DNA of 64,000 nucleotides from Myxococcales bacterium. GTDB taxonomy: Bacteria; Myxococcota_A; UBA9042; JABWCM01; BTVJ01. Of the stretch, positions 54,641 through 63,904 are shown one piece after another. The DNA lies in assembly GCA_045863395.1 (NCBI GenBank), contig BTVJ01000028.1:27190-91189 (forward strand), in the 5' to 3' direction. Under the pieces are notes generated by a model, which was given only the letters and a program-made list of their open reading frames with translations, did not search any database and had not been told where the DNA came from. Within the stretch, counting starts at the first letter, position 1, and every line of letters starts with the position of its first letter. Both the position numbers and the translations under genes were made by a program.

Positions 54641-54752
54641 CGCCTGGTTGACAGGGTCGCCGTGGAGGGCGACCTTGGAGGTGTGGCTCCGGGCGGGGCG
54701 GCGACACGACCCCGCGCTCACCGCCGTCACGGCGCCACCCCAGGAGGCGCCC

Positions 54753-55424
54753 ATGCGCGCGATCTCCGTCTTGCTGCTCGCCTCTCTGCTCGCCCTCCCG
54801 TCCCTTGCCCAGTCACCCCCTCGTGGCAGTCGCTGCTCGGTGGCCTTGTCCTGGTTCTCGGTGGCGCCGCAACCCGGAGCCCCGGCGCGCGTGGACCGCA
54901 ACATGCACTGCTCCGAGCTGAGCCGGCAGGGGTGGCAGACCATCTGGAGCCTGATCGGGCCCGACGACGGCGCCTACGACGAGGTGTTCCTCGTGCCTCT
55001 GGCCATTCGGGGGAGCCCGGCGGACGACGAGGCCATCGGGGCCTTCGCGGTGGTGCCGCGCGCACCGCAGGGAGCGGACGTCGGAGTGTGGACCGTAGCT
55101 GGGCAGGCGACGGGGGTGCTGATCATCCACGTCGGCGACCCCGCGCCCGTGCTCGCCGACGCGGCCATTGCCATGCAGCTCCTGGAGGGGCTTCGCGTCC
55201 CCAGGCCTACGGCGGCCCAGGGGCGGAGCTGGCTCTCGGGGTACCTGCCGGAGCTGGCGCCGGACCCGTTCATCACCGAGGCGTCTCCGAAGGTGGTTGG
55301 TAGACCTGGGGCGGAGCTGGCCCCGGCATCTCCGGTGCAGCCGGTGGCAGTCCCCGTGCCCTGCCTCATGGACGCGCAGTGTGTCACGGACCAGTTCGCC
55401 ATCGGCATCCGGTTCCGGTTCTGA
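54753..55424 (+). CDS. Hypothetical secreted protein
   Basis: RBS AGGAGG, signal peptide ending SLA-Q. Confidence 0.65.
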   Translation: MRAISVLLLASLLALPSLAQSPPRGSRCSVALSWFSVAPQPGAPARVDRNMHCSELSRQGWQTIWSLIGPDDGAYDEVFLVPLAIRGSPADDEAIGAFAVVPRAPQGADVGVWTVAGQATGVLIIHVGDPAPVLADAAIAMQLLEGLRVPRPTAAQGRSWLSGYLPELAPDPFITEASPKVVGRPGAELAPASPVQPVAVPVPCLMDAQCVTDQFAIGIRFRF

Positions 55425-55457
55425 GCGCCCGCGCGGGGCGCCTGGCGGCGGAGGCGC

Positions 55458-57608
55458 CTACTGCTCCAGGTTCATGCCACCGGGGTAGCCGTAGGCCGTC
55501 ACCGAGCCATAGCCGTAGACCAGCAGGCCGAAGGGCTCCTCCGACGTGAGGCTGTGGGTGCCCTTGCTCACCTCGCGCCAGGCGTACTGCCACGACCCGT
55601 CACCCAGCGGAGAGAAGGCCCCGTCGGGGATGGGCGCGCCATCGACGACCACGGGCACGCCGGCGGGGCGAATGACGGTGGTCCAATTGGTGCCGAAGCC
55701 GTCCGCCGTGCGGATGACGTAGCCGTCACGGAACTGCTTGCTCGGCGGGATCAGGATCATGCTGGGGTCGCCGGTCGGTAAGTCACCGCCGTTCATGGGC
55801 TGGGTCTGTCCCTGGCTCATCAGGAACTGCACCACCTGGATCTTGCCGCTCGCGGAAAGGACGAAGCTCTCCTTGGTCTCCACGCGGACGCGGTCACCCG
55901 CCTTCGCCAGCACCTTGCCGTGGAGCCCATCGACCTGCGGGGTCGTGCTCAGGGAGACGCCGTCCTCGCCCGCGACGACGACCCAGCGGTCGGCCTCCTG
56001 GCCTCGAGGCTTGGACTTGACGCAGAGCGCCTCGGTGCCCCAGGTCTCGACGGGCATGAGCTGCTCCTCCATGTGCTCGGTGCAGCAGGAGTCCCACACG
56101 TCGGTGATCTGGAGCTTCAGCGCCTCCTGCACGCCGGCCACCTGGTGCCCGCTGAACACGGCGACGGGCTTGTCCGCCTCGATGCGCGTCCCGGTCAGGT
56201 CCTCGATGATCTTGCCCGGCGTGATGATCTCGGTCTTGCCGAGCTGCTCCAGGTTGAGGACGTCGTAGGGCTCCAGCGTGAACGTGAAGGTCTGGCCCGC
56301 GGCGAGGACCGCGGGGGATGTGCCGTCTTGTGGTACGCCCCCCGCCGGGTTCGCGATGACGTCGACGGTGGGCGTCACGGACACCGTCGTCGTGCCTGCG
56401 GGCGCCACCACCGCCAGGAAGCCGTTGTTGGCAGGGAACCAGGGGTTGCCGAACAGGTCCTTGATCTCTGCCCGTGACGGGAGCGACACGGCGTAGTAGA
56501 GCTTGCCGAGGCCATTGCGCGGCAGCAACAGGGAGCCGTCGTTGGACGCGGCGTTCTCCGAGTCGAAGGGGTTGAACTGGTACGCGACCACCGGGCGCGA
56601 CGCCACGACGCGGATGGCCTTCGGGGCCACCACCGAGCCACTGACGTTCATCACGGGCATCTTGAACTCGCGGCTCTGCCCCGCCGGGACCACGTTGTCC
56701 GGGATGTCCAGGTCGTAGACCGCGTCCGCCGGGGCCTCGCAGACCGTCGCCACCGCGCCGCAGGTGGACTTGGACGGCGAGCACGCCGAGCCGTCGGCGC
56801 AGCGCACCTTCACGCTGAAGGTCACGCTCGCGTCGCCGCTCGACGGGTTGCTGATCACCACGCTGTGCGGGAACATCTCGGGGGTGGGGTTGTTCGGGAA
56901 GGCCGGGTGGTGGGTGGGGTCGTTGTCCAGGTCCACGGACCAGTACTCGCAGCCCACGTTGGTGTTGTACTTGATGTCCGCCTCGCACAGGCTCATGCAC
57001 TTGCCGCCGAGACAGGTCGTGTCGGGTCCGCACGACTGCTCCGCCTCGAAGCCGCTGCCGTCGGCGGCGCACACCCGGAAGGTGCCGCTGCTCGTACACT
57101 GGCCCACGCCTGGGGTGCAGGCCGCGTCCGCACACTTGCCCGCCACGCACTTCTGCTCGCCCTTGCACGGGGTCGCCGCTACGGCTCGACCGTCGGGCAG
57201 GCAGACGAGCTCGTAGGAGAGACCGTCGCAGCCCGTCACCGCGCCCGGTGTGCAGGTCGCGGGCTTCGTGCAGAGCCCGTCCAGGCAGAAGGCGTCATCC
57301 CCGCACTTGGTGTTGAACTGCCAGGCGCCGGACACGCACACCGCCGTGTTGGCCTCATTGAGGCAGCCGAGCGCGCCATCGGTGCAGGTGCCGGTGGGGG
57401 CGTCGACCCCTGGCGACGTGGAGTCTGCCGGAGCGGCGTCCACTGCGGAGGCAGCGTCGGCTCCCGGCCCCCCCGCGCCCACGTCGCTGCTCCCCGCCCC
57501 GGAGACGTCCGTGGAGCTGGAGTCGCTCCCCGTGCCGCCTCCTGGGGACTCGCCGCCGCTGGAGCTGCACGCCACGAGGATCACGAGGCCGAGGGGTCGC
57601 CACTTCAT
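55458..57608 (-). CDS. IgGFc-binding-domain lipoprotein with Cys-rich N-terminus
   Basis: Lipobox ILVAC; GCEYWSVDLDN, AYQFNP, SNDGSLLLP, KPVAVFSGH, HMEEQ, GDPSM, YGYPGG. Confidence 0.9.
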   Translation of the reverse strand: MKWRPLGLVILVACSSSGGESPGGGTGSDSSSTDVSGAGSSDVGAGGPGADAASAVDAAPADSTSPGVDAPTGTCTDGALGCLNEANTAVCVSGAWQFNTKCGDDAFCLDGLCTKPATCTPGAVTGCDGLSYELVCLPDGRAVAATPCKGEQKCVAGKCADAACTPGVGQCTSSGTFRVCAADGSGFEAEQSCGPDTTCLGGKCMSLCEADIKYNTNVGCEYWSVDLDNDPTHHPAFPNNPTPEMFPHSVVISNPSSGDASVTFSVKVRCADGSACSPSKSTCGAVATVCEAPADAVYDLDIPDNVVPAGQSREFKMPVMNVSGSVVAPKAIRVVASRPVVAYQFNPFDSENAASNDGSLLLPRNGLGKLYYAVSLPSRAEIKDLFGNPWFPANNGFLAVVAPAGTTTVSVTPTVDVIANPAGGVPQDGTSPAVLAAGQTFTFTLEPYDVLNLEQLGKTEIITPGKIIEDLTGTRIEADKPVAVFSGHQVAGVQEALKLQITDVWDSCCTEHMEEQLMPVETWGTEALCVKSKPRGQEADRWVVVAGEDGVSLSTTPQVDGLHGKVLAKAGDRVRVETKESFVLSASGKIQVVQFLMSQGQTQPMNGGDLPTGDPSMILIPPSKQFRDGYVIRTADGFGTNWTTVIRPAGVPVVVDGAPIPDGAFSPLGDGSWQYAWREVSKGTHSLTSEEPFGLLVYGYGSVTAYGYPGGMNLEQ

Positions 57609-57727
57609 CGGGTCACTCCGGCACCGCCGGGCGCGAGCCCGGGCCAAAGAAGGTGGTTGCATGGTCCGCGGGAGTGTGCGCCGGTGTCAAGGGCGACGCC
57701 AGGGAGCGGCATCGGGGGAGGTGGGCG

Positions 57728-58858
57728 CTACCAGCGCAGCAGCGCGGCCACCCAGGGCGAGCCGGTGGGGACGGCGTCGGGTGGGACGGCGTACACGGTG
57801 CCGCCGTGCTCGATGGCCGCGATGGCCGCCTCGTTGAGCAGGTCCACGTCGCCGGGCAGCTCCTCCTCGTGCTCCAGGATGGTGCCCGTGGCGCGGTCAC
57901 AGAGGCCCCACCGCTGCACGCCGGTCGCGACGAAGAGCACGTCCACGCGCCCGAAGAGGGCAGCGCGCATGACCTTCTGGATGTCGCGGAGCACGCGGCT
58001 CGACTCCGCCATGCTCACGACGCGGCGGGCGTCCCGCTCGCGACGGGCGTCCAGCTCGGGCGCCACCAGGGCCAGCGCGCGCTCGTGCAGCTCCCTGTCC
58101 GTCGCGGTGTCCCAGCTCCCCTCCACCACCTGGGGGAGCAGGTACGGGTAGGTGGAGACCGACGCGAACACGGGGTGGTGCCAGGCGACGGTGGCGAGGA
58201 TGAGCGGACCGTTCTCACCGCGCAGCACCGGACGCAGGGCCCGGTCCACGATGCGGAACCAGTCGGCGACGTCGCTCTTCGGGCGCTCCTCGCCGACCCC
58301 ATGGCCCCCGTTGAAGCCGCGCCCGTTCCCCGGGTGCCCCTGGAGGCTCGCCCGCTCCACCTGGTAGCCCAGGGCCTGGTCCATGCTCTCGGGGGCATCG
58401 GGCAACGGGATCCTGCGAACGTCGTTGCGGGTGCACTGGAGCAGCCGCACCTGGTTGGCGCTCAGCGCCAGCACGTAGAAGGCCCCGTCGGCGCTGAGCA
58501 GCGGCAGGAGCGGCTTGACGTGGAAGCGGTCGGAGACGGCAGCGACCTCGGGGACAGGGAGCGGGAGGCGCCACACCCGCGCCAGCTCGGGAGCCACGAA
58601 CACGGCCTGCCCGGCTCCTCCCTGGGCCCAGAGCTGCGGTGTGTCCAGGAGACGAGCGGCTGGGGCCAGCAGCTCGTCGGCGCTCGGGCCCCGCCACCCG
58701 AGGGCGATGAGGTCCTCCCGGACACGGCGGAGCTGGTTCCTGAACCGGATGGCGTCCTGCTCGTGCCCCTGGCCGACGGCGTGGAGCGGCGTGAGCAGCG
58801 ACACATGGGGCCCCTCGCGGGGCTCGAGGAGCGTCCTGGCCTCTTCGCGTGTGAACAT
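57728..58858 (-). CDS. Bacterial archaeo-eukaryotic release-factor family protein (baeRF7/baeRF3-like)
   Basis: HVSLLTP, IRFRN, RFHVKPLL, FYVLALS, PLILA, GRVDVL, AALLRW; RBS AAGGAGG. Confidence 0.85.
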   Translation of the reverse strand: MFTREEARTLLEPREGPHVSLLTPLHAVGQGHEQDAIRFRNQLRRVREDLIALGWRGPSADELLAPAARLLDTPQLWAQGGAGQAVFVAPELARVWRLPLPVPEVAAVSDRFHVKPLLPLLSADGAFYVLALSANQVRLLQCTRNDVRRIPLPDAPESMDQALGYQVERASLQGHPGNGRGFNGGHGVGEERPKSDVADWFRIVDRALRPVLRGENGPLILATVAWHHPVFASVSTYPYLLPQVVEGSWDTATDRELHERALALVAPELDARRERDARRVVSMAESSRVLRDIQKVMRAALFGRVDVLFVATGVQRWGLCDRATGTILEHEEELPGDVDLLNEAAIAAIEHGGTVYAVPPDAVPTGSPWVAALLRW

Positions 58859-59025
58859 GCGGGTTCCTCCTTCGGGGTCCGGCCATCGCGGCCGTGTCTC
58901 ATGCAAGGCACGGCGAGGGGGCGCGTCCACACCACCGGTGACGCATGACGCGACCGAGCGGTCCCCCCTCGACGAGCCCGCAGGAGCCGGCTACCCTGCT
59001 CACCACCTGCCACGAGGAGGAACCC

Positions 59026-60033
59026 ATGAACCTGCGACTCATCCCCCTGCTCTTGATCGTGCTGGCCAGGTGCGACCTCGCCAACCAAGTGGACAGCGAC
59101 TGCCTGTCCCTGGCCAAGAACTCCAAGAACCGGGACCCTGCGCTGGAGAAGAAGTGCGCCAGCCAGGTCGACTTCCTGCCCGACGCCGAGAAGAGCTTCG
59201 TGTCCGTGGTGGACGTACCCTATGTGGGGACGGACGGCGGCAAGGTGGTGGTCAACCTGGTGCTGACGGACAGCGCCGGCAAGCCCATCACCGGCATCAC
59301 GGCCGAGGCCGTGACCGTCACGGGCAAGAAGCCCGACGGGACGACCGAGGAGGTGGGCGTGGCCGATGTCGGGACGCTGCGAGAGACGGTCACCGGAGTG
59401 ACCCTCCCGCGCGCGTCCTTCGCGGCGGTCATCGACTACTCGGGCTCGATCCCCGACGGAAGCCTCTCCACCATGAGCCAGGGCCTCTCCGGCCTCTACA
59501 AGCTACTCGCCGCGCCCTTCGAGTCGGAGGTGGTCCACTTCTCGACGGAGGTGGTGGTCGTGCAGGAGTACACGAGCGACGGAGCCGCCCTCTCGACGGC
59601 GGCAGCGGACCAGAGCACGGAGCGGGAGCTGACGTCGCTGTTCGACGGGCTCCTGAAGGGCGTGCAGGACACGGCGGCCAGGGCGGAGTCCCGCTACCGC
59701 TTCGTGCTGCTGTTCACCGACGGCGCGGACAACGACAGCACCGCGAAGGAGTCGGACGTCATCGCGGCCGCCAAGGCGGCGAAGGTCCCGATCTTCATCA
59801 TCGCCGTTGGTTTCGCGGACCTGGACCTGATTCGAAGGCTGGCGACGGAGACCGGCGGCTACTTCACCTACATCCCGAGCTTCAAGTCGCTCTCGGGCGC
59901 GTACCAGGAGCTGAACGAGCTGATCGGCGGAAACCTGCAGATCGCGGTGGACGCGGACACGGGGGCCTACGAGTCCATCACGGTCGAGGTGGAGACGAAG
60001 GACGGGAAGAAGAGCGTCACGGTGAAGCCGTAG
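59026..60033 (+). CDS. Exported vWA-domain protein
   Basis: RBS GAGGAGG, signal region; DYSGS, TSLFDG, LFTDGADN, LATETGG. Confidence 0.88.
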   Translation: MNLRLIPLLLIVLARCDLANQVDSDCLSLAKNSKNRDPALEKKCASQVDFLPDAEKSFVSVVDVPYVGTDGGKVVVNLVLTDSAGKPITGITAEAVTVTGKKPDGTTEEVGVADVGTLRETVTGVTLPRASFAAVIDYSGSIPDGSLSTMSQGLSGLYKLLAAPFESEVVHFSTEVVVVQEYTSDGAALSTAAADQSTERELTSLFDGLLKGVQDTAARAESRYRFVLLFTDGADNDSTAKESDVIAAAKAAKVPIFIIAVGFADLDLIRRLATETGGYFTYIPSFKSLSGAYQELNELIGGNLQIAVDADTGAYESITVEVETKDGKKSVTVKP

Positions 60034-60177
60034 AGAGGGACGGGTCCGGGAGAGTCGCGCACCGGACGGTCGCCGAGCGTCGGAGACGGTTGGGGGCGCG
60101 GCGCCAGGCGCCCTTGGGGAGTCTGCTGGGGGGCGCAGATCCCGCATTTCTTTGGTCCTCGTTCGAGACGCGCGAGC

Positions 60178-60193
60178 TGGCACGGTCTCTGCT
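60178..60193 (+). promoter_or_regulatory. Sigma-54 -24/-12 promoter
   Basis: TGGCACGGTCTCTGCT (GG-N10-GC), 53 bp upstream of the ATG at 60247. Confidence 0.7.
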
Positions 60194-60246
60194 TCTGGTC
60201 TGGCGCCACTCTGGCAATCATCAGGGTCAGCACCAAAGGAGAGACC

Positions 60247-61506
60247 ATGAAACACATCGCATATGTGGCGCATCGCTCTGCCGAGCGAGCGCCGGACGCG
60301 ACAGAGTCCGACGACAGAGGCCCGGTGCCGGCAGGGAGCGGACCGCAGGAGTCCCACGCGCACCGTGGCCTCACGCGCCCATGGCGCCTCATCCTGGCCC
60401 TCGCGCTGCTGGGGGGGAGCGTGGGGTGCGCGGATCAGGTGGTCGCGGGGTCGGGCGCTCAGGAGGACGGGGCGGCCGAGGCCGAGGGCGAGGGAGGGAG
60501 CGGCGGGGGAGCGGCTGCGGGCGGCGGGGGTGCGGCTGCGGGCGGCGAGGGAGCGGCTGCGGGCGGCGAGGGTGGCCAGGGAGCCGCGCCCGTAGACGGG
60601 ACCCCGGCTCAGGAGCCCGGTAGCGGAGGGACCCCGGCCGACCCCGCCGACCCCATGGACCCGCCTGGGGAGACGGGCCGAGCCGGCGAGACCGACCCGG
60701 AGACGCCCGTCGCGGGAGAGAGTGACCCGGAGGCCATCGACGACCGAGGCGACCAGGGGGGGCGCGCCGTGCCGGGCGACCCGGACCCCCAAGCGCCAGG
60801 CGACGATGCGGACACCGGTGCTCCGGTCGACGAACCGGGCGCCGAGGTCGACCCGGTGCCCATCGACGAGCCCATCGACGAGCCCATCGACGAGCCCATC
60901 GACGAGCCCATCGACGAGCCCATCGACGAGCCCGGGCCAGGCGAGGAGGACGATGAGCCGGCCACGCCCGGCGACGATACCGAGGAGCCGCTGCCACCCA
61001 CGGAGGAGCCCGTGGGGCCGACGTGCGGAGACGGCACCTGTGACGCGGGAGAGACCTGCGCCACCTGCCCTGACTGCCCGTGCGACGGATTCTGCGCGCC
61101 GGACGGCGCCTGCGCGCCGCTGCTCAACCAGTACAAGAGCTGCGCACAGGACGCGCAGTGCGCGTCGGATGTGTGCGAGCTCTGCGAGGCCAAGACGGGC
61201 AAGAGCTTCTGCGTGGCCCCCGAGAGCAAGGGCCTCGGGGACGTCTGCCGCCTCGACGTGGAGTGCGCCGTGGGCGTGTGCAGCAGCAAGGGACCCGCGG
61301 CCCCCTTCGGCGGGGTGTGCGCGAGCAACCAGGGCAAGTGCCAGTGCGCCATCGACGCAGACTGCCTCTCGACCCAGTACTGCAGCGGCATCGTCAACAC
61401 GGCGGAGACCGCCTGCTTCTCCAAGCAGCCCCAGGGTGGCCCCTGTGCCGAGGACCGCTGGTGCCTGAGCGGGGCCTGCAACCTCACCAAGAACACCTGC
61501 CTGTAG
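60247..61506 (+). CDS. Lipoprotein with long acidic/Pro linker and Cys-rich C-terminal domain
   Basis: RBS AAGGAG, hydrophobic segment ending SVGC, (PIDE)6, Cys-rich tail. Confidence 0.8.
   Translation: MKHIAYVAHRSAERAPDATESDDRGPVPAGSGPQESHAHRGLTRPWRLILALALLGGSVGCADQVVAGSGAQEDGAAEAEGEGGSGGGAAAGGGGAAAGGEGAAAGGEGGQGAAPVDGTPAQEPGSGGTPADPADPMDPPGETGRAGETDPETPVAGESDPEAIDDRGDQGGRAVPGDPDPQAPGDDADTGAPVDEPGAEVDPVPIDEPIDEPIDEPIDEPIDEPIDEPGPGEEDDEPATPGDDTEEPLPPTEEPVGPTCGDGTCDAGETCATCPDCPCDGFCAPDGACAPLLNQYKSCAQDAQCASDVCELCEAKTGKSFCVAPESKGLGDVCRLDVECAVGVCSSKGPAAPFGGVCASNQGKCQCAIDADCLSTQYCSGIVNTAETACFSKQPQGGPCAEDRWCLSGACNLTKNTCL
60859..60930 (+). repeat. 12-bp coding tandem repeat CCCATCGACGAG x6
   Basis: Six perfect copies encoding PIDE. 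Confidence 0.95.
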
Positions 61507-61595
61507 GGTGGCGTCCCGCTCGGGCCCCCGCGGCGAGGACCGCTGGTGCCTGAGCGGGGCCTGCAATCTCACCGAGAACACCTGCCTGTAGGGTG
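61449..61595 (+). repeat. 62-bp direct repeat duplicating the gene 3' end
   Basis: 61449-61510 versus 61534-61595, 2 mismatches; includes the stop codon. Confidence 0.92.
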
Positions 61596-61707
61596 TCATC
61601 TCCCTCGGGTGGGGCGACCGCCTCTCCCTCCGCGCGGTCTGCACTCCCACGCAACGACCTCGCTGAAGGGGCGAACACGGCCCTCGCCCGAACCGCGCGA
61701 GGAGCCC

Positions 61708-62631
61708 ATGACCCGCACCCTGCTCGACCTGTTCGCCAAGGCGATCACCCAGGCGCTGCTCGACCCGTTCGGGGAGCTCACCTTCGAGGAGGAGGTGGTC
61801 GCCTCCACGCGAAGGGCCGACATCGTCTTTCGGCCACGGCTGGAGCGCCCTGCCGTTGAGCCTGACCTGCTCGCCGGCCTCGTTGCGGGGCCCACGCTCA
61901 TCGAGCACTCCTCCCGCGGGCTGGACGTGGCTGCCGCGCGGCGGGCGCTGGCCGTCGCCGCGGTCCTCGGCGAGCGGCGGGGGGAGCCACCTTGGGCGGC
62001 CATCCTGGTCGCACCGAGCGTGTCAGCCGGCCTTGGCCGGGCCTTCGGTGCGACGCCGCAGGGTCCCGGCGTCTTTCGCCTGGCGCCGGCCCTGGGTATG
62101 CTCTGGATCGCGGCCAACGCCCTCCCCCGAACGCCGGAGTCATTGGGGCTTCGGCTCTTGGGCTCGGGCCGCGTCCGGCGCGAGGCGGTCCTGGAGCTGC
62201 GGGGCCGAGCGGCGGGCGACCCCTTGCGTGAGGCCGTCGCCGCCTTCGCCACGGAGCGCGGGTCCAAGGCGCGGCACCTGGTCGGTTCACTCTCCCCCGA
62301 GGAGGAGACGCTCATGGCACACGTCAGTCCCGAGTTCCTGGAGTGGAAGCGCGCCTTCGCGGCGGAGGCCGAGGCCCGGGGCCGCACCCTGGGTCACGAA
62401 GCCGGCGTTCGAGACGGGATGCAGGTTGGCAAGGCGGAGGAGGCGCAGGCGGCAGCCCTGCGCCTGCTGCGCCGTCGGTTCGGAGACGCCGCGTTCGCCG
62501 CGGAGCCGGCGCTGGAACTCGTCGCCGCTCTCGCTGACCCCACCGACGCCGTCGAGCTGGCATTCGATGCCGTGAGCCCCGCCGACTTCGCGGCTCGGCT
62601 CGCGGCGCTGGCTGAGGGGTGCGTCGGATAG
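61708..62631 (+). CDS. Rpn/YhgA-related PD-(D/E)XK-like protein, copy 1
   Basis: MTR..DLFAK, EV....RRADIVF, LIE, GVFRL, LPRTPESLGLRLLG, GxxxG repeats, LLRRRFG (DUF4351-like tail). Confidence 0.75.
   Translation: MTRTLLDLFAKAITQALLDPFGELTFEEEVVASTRRADIVFRPRLERPAVEPDLLAGLVAGPTLIEHSSRGLDVAAARRALAVAAVLGERRGEPPWAAILVAPSVSAGLGRAFGATPQGPGVFRLAPALGMLWIAANALPRTPESLGLRLLGSGRVRREAVLELRGRAAGDPLREAVAAFATERGSKARHLVGSLSPEEETLMAHVSPEFLEWKRAFAAEAEARGRTLGHEAGVRDGMQVGKAEEAQAAALRLLRRRFGDAAFAAEPALELVAALADPTDAVELAFDAVSPADFAARLAALAEGCVG
62314..62631 (+). CDS. Putative nested in-frame small protein (RpnS-like antitoxin), copy 1
   Basis: GAGGAGGAG followed 6 nt later by in-frame ATG at 62314. Confidence 0.55.
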   Translation: MAHVSPEFLEWKRAFAAEAEARGRTLGHEAGVRDGMQVGKAEEAQAAALRLLRRRFGDAAFAAEPALELVAALADPTDAVELAFDAVSPADFAARLAALAEGCVG

Positions 62632-62754
62632 AGGGAGACCGAGCGCGGAAGCGACGAGACACACATCGGGCGGCCACGGGGAAGTGCCGTCCCTCCGCAA
62701 CGCCCCCCGCACCCGGCACGACAGGGGCCCTCGCCCGAACCGCGCGAGGAGCCC

Positions 62755-63714
62755 ATGACCCGCACCCTGCTCGACCTGTTCGCCAAGGCGATCACCCAAG
62801 CGCTGCTCGACCCCTTCGGGGACCTCACCTTCGAGGAGGAGGTGGTCGCCCCCGCGCGGAGGGCCGACATCGTCTTTCGGCCGCGGCCGGAGCGCCCCGC
62901 CGTCGCCACCGACCTGCTCGCCGGCCTCTTGGCGGGACCCACGCTCATCGAGCACTGCTCGCGGGGGCTGGACGTGGCGGCCGTCCGGCGTGCGCTGGCC
63001 GTCGCCTCGGTCCTCGGCGAGAGGCGGGGGGAGGCAGCGTGGGCGGCCGTCCTGGTCGCGCCCGCGGTACCGGCCAGCCTCGGCCGGGCCTTCGGCGCGA
63101 CGGCGGAGTGTCCCGGCGTCTTTCGCCTGGCGCCGGCCCTGGGTATGCTCTGGATCGCGGCCAACGCCCTCCCCCGAACGCCGGAGTCATTGGGGCTTCG
63201 GCTCTTGGGCTCGGGCCGCGTCCGGCGCGAGGCGGTCCTGGAGCTGCGGGGCCGAGCGGCGGGCGACCCCTTGCGTGAGGCCGTCGCCGCCTTCGCCACG
63301 GAGCGCGGGTCCAAGGCGCGGCACCTGGTCGGTTCACTCTCCCCCGAGGAGGAGACGCTCATGGCACACGTCAGTCCCGAGTTCCTGGAGTGGAAGCGCG
63401 CCTTCGCGGCGGAGGCCGAGGCCCGGGGCCGCACCCTTGGGCACGAGGCCGGCGTTCGAGACGGGATGCAGGCCGGAGTGCAGGCCGGCATGCAGGCCGG
63501 CATGCAGGCCGGCAAGGCGGAGGAGGCGCGCGCAGCAGCCCTGCGCCTGCTCCGCCGCCGGTTCGGAGACGCAGCGTTCGTCGCGGAGCCGGCGCTGGAC
63601 CTCGTCTCCGCGCTCTCCGACCCCACCGACGCCGTCGAGCTGGCCTTCGATGCGGTGAGCCCCGCCGAATTTGCGGAGCGGCTCGCTGCGATGGCGCGCA
63701 AGCCCGCGGTGTAG
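62755..63714 (+). CDS. Rpn/YhgA-related PD-(D/E)XK-like protein, copy 2
   Basis: Tandem paralogue with the same upstream/RBS sequence and expanded G(M/V)QA repeats. Confidence 0.75.
   Translation: MTRTLLDLFAKAITQALLDPFGDLTFEEEVVAPARRADIVFRPRPERPAVATDLLAGLLAGPTLIEHCSRGLDVAAVRRALAVASVLGERRGEAAWAAVLVAPAVPASLGRAFGATAECPGVFRLAPALGMLWIAANALPRTPESLGLRLLGSGRVRREAVLELRGRAAGDPLREAVAAFATERGSKARHLVGSLSPEEETLMAHVSPEFLEWKRAFAAEAEARGRTLGHEAGVRDGMQAGVQAGMQAGMQAGKAEEARAAALRLLRRRFGDAAFVAEPALDLVSALSDPTDAVELAFDAVSPAEFAERLAAMARKPAV
63361..63714 (+). CDS. Putative nested in-frame small protein (RpnS-like antitoxin), copy 2
   Basis: GAGGAGGAG followed 6 nt later by in-frame ATG at 63361. Confidence 0.55.
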   Translation: MAHVSPEFLEWKRAFAAEAEARGRTLGHEAGVRDGMQAGVQAGMQAGMQAGKAEEARAAALRLLRRRFGDAAFVAEPALDLVSALSDPTDAVELAFDAVSPAEFAERLAAMARKPAV

Positions 63715-63852
63715 CCCGACCGCCGGCTCGCGGAGGCCCGCTACGGTCGCCCATGGTGGGATGCAGCCGGGACCGTGGCGGGGCTGCTGGGGGCCATGAC
63801 GCGGGCGCCCGAGACGGTCCGCCCCCCCGCTGACCCGAATTTTCACGTGAGC

Positions 63853-63904
63853 GGGGCTTCGCCCCGAGCCCCACCAGGGGCCGCTGACGCGCCCCCTGGA
63901 CCCC
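63853..63904. repeat. REP-like double hairpin
   Basis: GGGGCTTCGCCCC (UUCG loop) followed by CCAGGGG...CCCCTGG-ACCCC. Confidence 0.45.

Noticed and set aside
60859..60930. CRISPR-like array
   Set aside because: Spacerless 12-bp in-frame coding repeat; no cas genes
61449..61595. Diversity-generating retroelement TR/VR pair
   Set aside because: The two differences (C/T and A/G) are not both at adenines of one copy on one strand, and there is no reverse transcriptase in the window
61708..63714. Insertion sequences or transposases
   Set aside because: No DDE or HUH motifs, terminal inverted repeats or target duplications; the old 'transposase_31' label for Rpn-like proteins is not evidence of transposition
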